Shown: positions 57,235 through 64,000 of the stretch, in pieces
Layout of the letters: every line of letters starts with the position of its first letter
How positions within the stretch are numbered: position 1 is the first letter of the stretch
Assembly: GCA_048882485.1 (NCBI GenBank)
Contig: JBHLRP010000011.1
Span: 1 to 64,000 of the forward strand
Direction: 5' to 3'
Length of the DNA stretch: 64,000 bases
From: Candidatus Thorarchaeota archaeon
Lineage (GTDB): Archaea > Asgardarchaeota > Thorarchaeia > Thorarchaeales > Thorarchaeaceae
Translations under genes and position numbers: made by a program
Notes under the pieces: generated by a model
What the model saw: the letters and a program-made list of their open reading frames with translations, nothing else
The model's database searches: none
What the model was told of the DNA's origin: nothing

Positions 57235-58206
57235 ATGGAGATGATTGCACTGGCCAGCAAACACGCGAAGACCAAGAAATCCGGAGAAAGCAAAGCTGGT
57301 GCGGCTAGATACGTCTGTTCTACGTGCACTTCTGATGAAGTCTATATTGATAGTGCGAGGGGAGAGGTAACCTGTTCTAATTGTGGACTAGTTCTTTCTG
57401 ATAGATCCATTGATATGGGTCCAGAATGGCGTGCATTCACTGCAGATGAGCAGAATGCGCGTCAACGCGTTGGCGGACCAACAGACTGGAGTAAGTTCGA
57501 TCAAGGGCTCACCACGATAATTGGTCGCCAGAACGTGGACGCTTCAGGAAGGAAATTGACTTCTACCAGACGAGCTCAAATACATAGACTACGCAAATGG
57601 CAAATACGCACCAAAGTGCACTCTTCTGACAAACGTAACCTTGCGGTTGCTATGACAGAACTTCATAGAATCAGCTCTCAGTTGAGCATCCCCTATTCGA
57701 TAAGAGAGACCTCAGCAGTGATTTACCGAAAAGCTCTGCGTAAGCGTCTTACGAGAGGGCGTACGATCTTGGGGATGATTGCAGCCTCATTATACCTTGC
57801 ATGCAGGGTGCACCAAGTTCCTAGACCTCTGGAGGAAGTCTGTGATCAGATACACATCACTAGAAAGGAACTCAGTCTGTGTGTCAGACTGATTCTAAGG
57901 TATCTGAATCTCAAGATTCCTCACAGCAATCCTGTGGAGTTTGTGCATCGATTTGGAACTGAGTTGGGACTTGAAGGCGACGCCAAGAAGAAAGCTATAG
58001 ACATTCTTGAGATGGCCCGAGAGGAACGACTCACAATTGGCAAAGATCCAAAGGGAATGGCAGCTGCAGCGATTTACGTTGCAAGTATTCTCACGGGTCA
58101 ACGCCGGACCCAACTTGAAATCGCTCGCACTGCGCGAGTGACTGAAGTAACGGTTCGAAACAGATACAAGGAAATGGTCGAGAAGCTGGGGATTTCCACA
58201 ACCTAA
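57235..58206 (+). CDS. tfb: Transcription initiation factor IIB
   Basis: Zn ribbon CSTC...CSNCGLV, D.GPEWRAF, RLRKWQ, two cyclin repeats, GKDPKGMAAAAIY, VTEVTVRNRYKE. Confidence 0.96.
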   Translation: MEMIALASKHAKTKKSGESKAGAARYVCSTCTSDEVYIDSARGEVTCSNCGLVLSDRSIDMGPEWRAFTADEQNARQRVGGPTDWSKFDQGLTTIIGRQNVDASGRKLTSTRRAQIHRLRKWQIRTKVHSSDKRNLAVAMTELHRISSQLSIPYSIRETSAVIYRKALRKRLTRGRTILGMIAASLYLACRVHQVPRPLEEVCDQIHITRKELSLCVRLILRYLNLKIPHSNPVEFVHRFGTELGLEGDAKKKAIDILEMAREERLTIGKDPKGMAAAAIYVASILTGQRRTQLEIARTARVTEVTVRNRYKEMVEKLGISTT

Positions 58207-58243
58207 CGGAGAACGCAGTCAAAGAGTTGGAAGGCAGAGGAAT

Positions 58244-58283
58244 GGACAGGGTCCAACACCCTGTCCTTTTGTTCTTTTTCTTG
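58244..58283 (+). terminator. Intrinsic-terminator-like hairpin plus U-tract after tfb
   Basis: ggacagggt-ccaac-accctgtcc-ttttgttctttttcttg. Confidence 0.7.
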
Positions 58284-58351
58284 TATTATTCACGTCCGAC
58301 ATAGTCTTATTTCTAAGATCTACCAATGGCTTCCTAGGAGCTTGGACGACA

Positions 58352-59185
58352 ATGTCCAACAAGAGATCGGTTCAAGGCATATGGCTGATTGAGCGTGGTA
58401 GCGGCAGAAATCTCGTTAGTAGAGCCTATGCCAATATCGAAATCGACATGGACTTGATTGCTCCTTTTCTTTCGGCAACTCACACCTTCATAGACAAAGC
58501 AGCACAAGAGAGTCTCAAGACTATTGATACAGACACAAATCGCTACATCTGGGAGGCGAATGATTATCTTCTCTTTGTAATGGTTGTTTCCAAAAGCGCT
58601 CGAGTCAGCCATATGCGCTTCATCCTTGAATATGCTATGAACGAATTCATGAAGAATCAGATACCCCCTGACAAAGACATTGAAATGATGCTGAAACAAT
58701 GGCATGGACGACCTGGCCAGTTTAGGAAATTCGGGACTTTCATTGATGAACTCGTAAGTCAATACGAGGTTACAGACGAAAGCCTTGTAGCCGGAAAATC
58801 GATGGACTGCCTTGCTGTCTACAGTCATCTTTTCAAAGCTCTCATGAAGGTCAAGACTGACTCTGATACACGGAAGAAGCTTGTGAGGCGAATCAGAAAG
58901 TCGATAAAGCCTATCAAGGAATTCTACAGTTTTCTCGATGTGGTTGCTGTCGATTCTGGTGGTATTGATGTCCTGAGTATTGATGTTAATATCGCTCCCT
59001 ATAAGGAACTTAGAGTCGCATTGGAAGAGATATTGAAAATGCTGAGTCAAGTAGTTCAGGAAACCGTTTCCAAAAGAGTCTACCAGACAATGTTATTCAA
59101 GCACGCAATGCCATATGTGAAGTCAGACGTAGAGCGTCTTCAAACATATGCAATCCTCGATGATGTGATTCGACATCTATTCTAG
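58352..59185 (+). CDS. Longin-like N-terminal domain protein with helical C-terminus
   Basis: IWLI...G..L..R.Y....D.DLI..FLSA..TF.......L..I......Y.W.....LLFVMV. Confidence 0.6.
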   Translation: MSNKRSVQGIWLIERGSGRNLVSRAYANIEIDMDLIAPFLSATHTFIDKAAQESLKTIDTDTNRYIWEANDYLLFVMVVSKSARVSHMRFILEYAMNEFMKNQIPPDKDIEMMLKQWHGRPGQFRKFGTFIDELVSQYEVTDESLVAGKSMDCLAVYSHLFKALMKVKTDSDTRKKLVRRIRKSIKPIKEFYSFLDVVAVDSGGIDVLSIDVNIAPYKELRVALEEILKMLSQVVQETVSKRVYQTMLFKHAMPYVKSDVERLQTYAILDDVIRHLF

Positions 59186-60525
59186 GCTTTACCCAACATC
59201 ACGACATTCCGTTCCACAATCTGCCCTCTCTTTCTTTCAGGCAAAGTGCTGCGTTCAGGAATTACCTGAAGCTGTTTGTGTTTCGGTGCTGCCTCTGCAA
59301 ATGCATCTTTAGCAAGGAGCTTGAAGACCACGAATCCGGTACCTTCCGTCATAGGTGCAAGATCTATGGAAACCTGCTTCTCAGTTGTGTTCACAACAGG
59401 CAGGGTCATTGCGATTCTTCCTCCCGGTCTGAGACAGGACTCAAGACTCTGGAGCACCTCACGATATAGCACCGTGAGCTCCTCCATACTGCTTGCCGCA
59501 TCTTCATAGGAAGGAGGTTCTGAGTACGTAGGACCTAGATGTGGCTCAAACGCCACAGCATCTACTTGCCCATCAATGAGCTTAGCCGCATTGCGTGCAT
59601 CGCCTTTGATGAGCTTGAAATCCAACCATTCTCCAAGGCCCGACCCCAGCCATTTAAGATTCTGGCCTGCTCCCTGAACCATTGACTGCTCGATATCAAT
59701 GCCCACGCATTTCATGCCAAGCATTGCTGCTTCCATGAGCAGTGTTCCAGTCCCGCAGAATGGATCAAGCACAGTGTCTCCGGGTCTTGCACCGGATAAC
59801 GTGAGGAGAGTTCTGCAGATTTTGGGACTAGTGCTAATCTCTGCTGACATGAAGGGCCTAGTTTCGTCTCTGTACCTCTGGAGTGTTGAGTCATAGACTG
59901 CTACTGTCTTGGCAATATATAGTGTATCCTCCATTAGAAGAGCGAGCAACTCGGCGTTTGGGGGACTCAAAAGGCTGTGTCGACCTATGCTCTGAGGCCA
60001 AAGTGCTACATTTGGTCGACGTGCATCTCTCTTATCGGGTCCATCATAGATGTAGTATACAGCTTTCTTCGCACCAAGTTCCAGAATGCGTTTCTTGGTC
60101 CACTCATCGAGTCCAAGAGTGAATTTTCTAAGGTCGATAGTAGTCTGTTTTCCCAACATTGGGTATGTGCTGACTCCAAATTTGACCTTGCCTCCCTTCA
60201 ACTTGTTCCAGATGCGGTTAGTCCACGGAGCCTCTTGAAACGCTATTCGTGCCTGTTTGTCTACTTTCCCTCTTGCTGGAAAGGCACCATCCACAAGTGA
60301 CCTGTCATATGCAGACACAACTCGGCCAACTTTGAAGCAACCACCAAGTGCACTCTGAATCTCGACCAACTGTTCGTCATCCAGTTTTTCCTCAATCTCC
60401 ACAATAGCTGCTGTCCTCGAGTAATCCTTCACGCCATCAGCAAGACCTCTATCTCGAATATAGACGACTAGCTCAGCAAGGCTAAGCAGCCAATTTTTAC
60501 CAAGGACAAATGCATAATCAGTCAT
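59182..60525 (-). CDS. tRNA (guanine-N2) methyltransferase, Trm11/TrmG10-like
   Basis: LSLAEL, RD..RP, SPKICR.L, LDPFCGTGT, EP.LGP. Confidence 0.8.
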   Translation of the reverse strand: MTDYAFVLGKNWLLSLAELVVYIRDRGLADGVKDYSRTAAIVEIEEKLDDEQLVEIQSALGGCFKVGRVVSAYDRSLVDGAFPARGKVDKQARIAFQEAPWTNRIWNKLKGGKVKFGVSTYPMLGKQTTIDLRKFTLGLDEWTKKRILELGAKKAVYYIYDGPDKRDARRPNVALWPQSIGRHSLLSPPNAELLALLMEDTLYIAKTVAVYDSTLQRYRDETRPFMSAEISTSPKICRTLLTLSGARPGDTVLDPFCGTGTLLMEAAMLGMKCVGIDIEQSMVQGAGQNLKWLGSGLGEWLDFKLIKGDARNAAKLIDGQVDAVAFEPHLGPTYSEPPSYEDAASSMEELTVLYREVLQSLESCLRPGGRIAMTLPVVNTTEKQVSIDLAPMTEGTGFVVFKLLAKDAFAEAAPKHKQLQVIPERSTLPERKRGQIVERNVVMLGKA

Positions 60526-60532
60526 CGATGAA

Positions 60533-61375
60533 TTACTCCAGAGCTTCATAGAGATGTTTTGTATACAGAGCGCCTTCGAGAGAATTGGGCGTTTCCGATA
60601 TGAAGGTGGGGGTATAGCCCACTTCCTTCACTATCTGCATTAGTGGGAGAATATCAGGGCCCCACTCTCCGCCCAGCGGTCTATGCGACTTCTCTCCTCT
60701 CTTTGTGTGGGTGATTCCGCTTACGTGGAAGTGCATGTTATCAACAAAACGATTTCCTAGCTGGTCCTCGAATCTACCAATTATCTCAAGGTAGCTTTCC
60801 ATATCGTTGATTCGGCCCAAGCTCCGCGCATACAGATGTGCCCAATCGATTGCGGGAAGACAACCATCCACATCTTGGCATAATCCAATCAGCTCATCGA
60901 CGGAGCCAAATGCACCCTTCTTGCCTGCAGTTTCGACCATGAGAATAGCTCCATCTCCTAGGTGTCCCGCTTTCTCCCAGACCTCTTCCACCGCATCCCT
61001 GACAACAGCATAGGCTTCTTGCTGGGAAAGCCCGCTATATCCCCCAGGATGAAAGACGATTCTCTTTACATGCATGAGAGGTGCGAATTGAAGTGCCTTC
61101 GCTAGCCTACCCTTTGATCTTTCTCGGACGTCTTGCTGCTTGGACAGCAGACTGACGTAATATGCTGCATGCATGCTCATCGAGGTTCCCGACTCTTTGG
61201 CAAGGTGGCCAATCATCTCAGCTTTTTCTGGACCCATACGTAGACCGTAAACAGCTGCATATTCCAGCGCGTTGAGGTTGACCTCGTTCAAGAGAGAGAA
61301 AACGCGTGACACACTTCCCTTGGCAGCAGAAGGATAGCCTGCTGGTCCGAATCTGATATCTGCCAGGAACGTCAT
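60533..61375 (-). CDS. nfo: Endonuclease IV-like AP endonuclease (TIM barrel)
   Basis: RFGPAG, SMHAAYY, VFHPG, ETAGK, IDWAH..AR, HFHVSGI, GEKSH, ISETP. Confidence 0.85.
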   Translation of the reverse strand: MTFLADIRFGPAGYPSAAKGSVSRVFSLLNEVNLNALEYAAVYGLRMGPEKAEMIGHLAKESGTSMSMHAAYYVSLLSKQQDVRERSKGRLAKALQFAPLMHVKRIVFHPGGYSGLSQQEAYAVVRDAVEEVWEKAGHLGDGAILMVETAGKKGAFGSVDELIGLCQDVDGCLPAIDWAHLYARSLGRINDMESYLEIIGRFEDQLGNRFVDNMHFHVSGITHTKRGEKSHRPLGGEWGPDILPLMQIVKEVGYTPTFISETPNSLEGALYTKHLYEALE

Positions 61376-61516
61376 TCCTCCACTCTTATGGATCCAAGGT
61401 GATGAGCTACCACAGTCGCTTTGAGAGTTTCCTCATATGAGTGATTGGGTCTAGATTGGACTCAGCGGAAGTCTTTAATCCCGAGTCCTCCCCGACCTTT
61501 GAGAGGGAGGATAAAA

Positions 61517-62455
61517 ATGACGGAAGCTCCTAATGAATCAGAACCGCCATCCTCAAATCAGAAGATTGACCCAGTTGCATTCCTTTCAATCATTCGGCCG
61601 CAGAACTGCTTCATAGGATCGCTTACAGTAATTGCTGGCTTCCTAATGAGCTACAGGCAAGACCCTATTCTTAATTTGCTTAATACTCTCTCTATTCTTG
61701 CATTTGCATATATCACATACTTCACAATTGCTGCTGGATCCAATGTTGTCAATGATATCTACGACATCGAAATTGACAAGATTAATCGTCCGCATCGTGC
61801 TCTCCCCAGCGGTAAGATGACCATAAGGCAGGCATGGATTTACGTTGCAGTTCTAAGTGCAGTTGGGCTGATCTTTGGTTTCCTGACTGGTCCATGGAGT
61901 ACCTTGATTGTATTGGTCTTTATTGCCATAGGATACGCATATGCTGCGAAAGTCAAGACCTGGGGTCTTGCTGGCAATTTCATGGTTGCATTTTCATTTG
62001 CGTTTGGTGTATTATACGGGTCTTTCGTCTATGCAGAGCAGACCATGAGCTATATGATTCCCATTCCCTCGTGGCTTTTCTTCCTTACTGCGTTCATGAT
62101 TCTTCAAGCACGGGAAACAATCAAGGGCGCTGAGGATGTTGAAGGTGACCGAGTCAGGGACGTACGAACAATCGCTAGAGTATATGGATACAACGCAGCA
62201 GCTGGAGTTGCTGCGTTTCTCAACCTCATTGGTGTGGCGTGCTATTCCCTAGTCTGGATTCTAAACTTCGCTAGTTGGGAACTCTGGCCTCTTCTCGGAC
62301 TTGGCTCTGCTATTGTATTGGGTGCTGCTATTGCACCACTGACAGGCCCTGATGACAAGAAACGCCTCTTGATAGGAAGCACACTCGATAAGATTGGTGC
62401 TCTTGTGGGCCTGATCGCCTTTGTCATCATTCCCTTGTATGGCCTACCCATCTAG
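61517..62455 (+). CDS. UbiA-family prenyltransferase, likely DGGGP synthase
   Basis: RPQN, NDIYDIEIDKINRPHRALPSG, RETIKGAEDVEGD. Confidence 0.88.
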   Translation: MTEAPNESEPPSSNQKIDPVAFLSIIRPQNCFIGSLTVIAGFLMSYRQDPILNLLNTLSILAFAYITYFTIAAGSNVVNDIYDIEIDKINRPHRALPSGKMTIRQAWIYVAVLSAVGLIFGFLTGPWSTLIVLVFIAIGYAYAAKVKTWGLAGNFMVAFSFAFGVLYGSFVYAEQTMSYMIPIPSWLFFLTAFMILQARETIKGAEDVEGDRVRDVRTIARVYGYNAAAGVAAFLNLIGVACYSLVWILNFASWELWPLLGLGSAIVLGAAIAPLTGPDDKKRLLIGSTLDKIGALVGLIAFVIIPLYGLPI

Positions 62456-63264
62456 TGAACTTGCCAGAAGGTCCAAATCAGGACTATAATACAAGCTAGG
62501 GACACAAGTGTTGCCCACCTTGTGGAAGTGTCATGTGCCTCCCTTATACCAAATATCAGCAGGAATCCTGTCCAGAAGAACGCTCCTACTGTCATTAGGT
62601 CTATGATTTCCCAACTAGGCGACATGAATATCGCGTCAACAATCCCCCCGTACTGTGAAGCCAGATTTACATCAAAGGCTGGTAGAGTCGTCATAATGAC
62701 AAAGATTGCAGCTATTCGAATGAGCACGACAGGAAGCATGCTATAGCCAACGATTGCCACTGACTTTCGCTTGTTTCCAGTACCTCCAGTAATTCTGAAG
62801 GCTAAGTGAGCGAAGGCTCCACCGATAATTAGGTAGAACATACCAAGCATCATGTAGGGAACAATGGTGGCCACTGCAGCGAGGATGACCTGGGGCGCGA
62901 ATTGACTGCTCAATATACTCACGTCAGCAGTCTGCCCTGAAGTCACGTTGACTGTGACTGTGACTGTGAACTTGGATGATATTGCCAAGAAGAATCCAAA
63001 TAAGACCAGAGCATTGGCAATTATGACCAACATAGGTCCAGCGGCGTCTGGCCTTCTTCCGATATCCCGGTAAGCCGCAGCAGGACGTCGAATTACTCCC
63101 CATAGCCTGTCCTTGATACCCATCTCCCTTACATCTGGTGCATCAGGTCTCTTGAGCATGGGTAGAATTCTCTCAAGGGTTTCCTCAGCAATCTCCTCAT
63201 TGCATACTGGGCAAATAGTAGCATCAGCTGGGACAGGACTGTCACAGAACTCGCATCGCCGCAT
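62452..63264 (-). CDS. Yip1-domain membrane protein with N-terminal Zn ribbon
   Basis: CEFC....CPVC; GVIRRP.AAY, GG.G, GYS.LP, W...LL.FGI.EAH. Confidence 0.75.
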   Translation of the reverse strand: MRRCEFCDSPVPADATICPVCNEEIAEETLERILPMLKRPDAPDVREMGIKDRLWGVIRRPAAAYRDIGRRPDAAGPMLVIIANALVLFGFFLAISSKFTVTVTVNVTSGQTADVSILSSQFAPQVILAAVATIVPYMMLGMFYLIIGGAFAHLAFRITGGTGNKRKSVAIVGYSMLPVVLIRIAAIFVIMTTLPAFDVNLASQYGGIVDAIFMSPSWEIIDLMTVGAFFWTGFLLIFGIREAHDTSTRWATLVSLACIIVLIWTFWQVH

Positions 63265-63363
63265 TGTGAATCATCCTATGGTGGCTGGTCTGACTATTCT
63301 ACGGACCACCGCATATAGCGGTTTCTAGGGTTCCCTCCGTGCCACGAGTTCACCTGCAGGGAC

Positions 63364-63984
63364 TTACCACATGCCAAACCGCTCGAATATGGGGCTGAGA
63401 TGAACGGTTGCGTACGGAATCAAGCTGTCCCAAAGACTCTGCGAGAGATTCAGGATTAAGGCATATGTAAAAATAAACTCAGCCGTCCATACAGGTCCGT
63501 ATAGAATTGGCACCATGACCAGATTTGCCGGGACCATTATGAGCAGTCTGACAAGAGTTGCAATGGCCATTGAACCAGTGAAAAGCACAGGATTAGCTAG
63601 ACTTATTCCTCCATGGTCTTGCCCCCGAAATCTTACTAGAAGCCAAGGGATGACAATCATGGGCAGAGTGGCCAATAGTTTGAACACGGGTCCAATACCT
63701 GAAGGATCATAGAAGAATAGGCCCATAGTTCCAGCAAGCATACTGAAAATGCCGACCTCGATTCCACACACAAGGAATGTTATGATCCAGAAGAATGAAA
63801 CGGGGTCGAAAAGCGCGATCTCCCATCCAGGAATTCTAGGAATCACGGAGGCAATGGGAGTCACGGCCAATGAGAGAGATGTCATGATCCCTGCCAATGC
63901 TACTTTCTTGGCGTCTTTACTAGTTGATGAAACTTCAGAGAGCCGCCAATCATCCTCATCATGTGCTCGCTCGGGAGAAGCCAT
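63364..63984 (-). CDS. ECF-transporter S-component-like membrane protein
   Basis: KKVALAGIMTSL, FDP, six TM segments, NL.Q. Confidence 0.55.
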   Translation of the reverse strand: MASPERAHDEDDWRLSEVSSTSKDAKKVALAGIMTSLSLAVTPIASVIPRIPGWEIALFDPVSFFWIITFLVCGIEVGIFSMLAGTMGLFFYDPSGIGPVFKLLATLPMIVIPWLLVRFRGQDHGGISLANPVLFTGSMAIATLVRLLIMVPANLVMVPILYGPVWTAEFIFTYALILNLSQSLWDSLIPYATVHLSPIFERFGMW

Positions 63985-64000
63985 TGCGGCATCAACCTCC

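Noticed and set aside
58334-59050. 238-aa minus-strand ORF and other long antisense ORFs (6365..7066, 36812..37372)
   Set aside because: They fully overlap better-supported genes on the opposite strand and have no recognisable motifs.

Overview
Gene-dense archaeal chromosomal segment with about 58 CDS and two tRNA genes. No transposase, integrase, provirus or CRISPR array is visible. Archaeal markers are TFB, FBP aldolase/phosphatase, ArcS/RaSEA, DGGGP synthase, a PolB1-type polymerase and a nurA-herA-mre11-rad50 operon. Together with an ESCRT cluster and other eukaryotic-signature-like proteins, they point to an Asgard archaeon, plausibly Thorarchaeia (inference). The main point of interest is the five-gene ESCRT locus at 47.0-52.1 kb. 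Besides Vps4, Vps25 and a CHMP1-3-type ESCRT-III, it encodes (i) an apparent fusion of a Vps28 N-terminal (ESCRT-I core) region to an EAP30/Vps22-Vps36 (ESCRT-II) domain, and (ii) a B-box/Zn-finger + coiled-coil + PH/GRAM(GLUE-like) + Vps23/37 steadiness-box protein. These two could form a compact, pre-fused ESCRT-I/II module. Other notable items are a cytoplasmic IFT52-like GIFT-domain protein, a 600-aa beta-sandwich protein whose N-terminus resembles a mu-homology domain, a longin-like protein, several metalloenzyme folds with lost ligands, two tRNA-Arg genes differing by one base, and hairpin+U-tract terminators. All family calls come from reading motifs by eye. No searches were run, and eukaryotic comparison sequences are recalled from memory.
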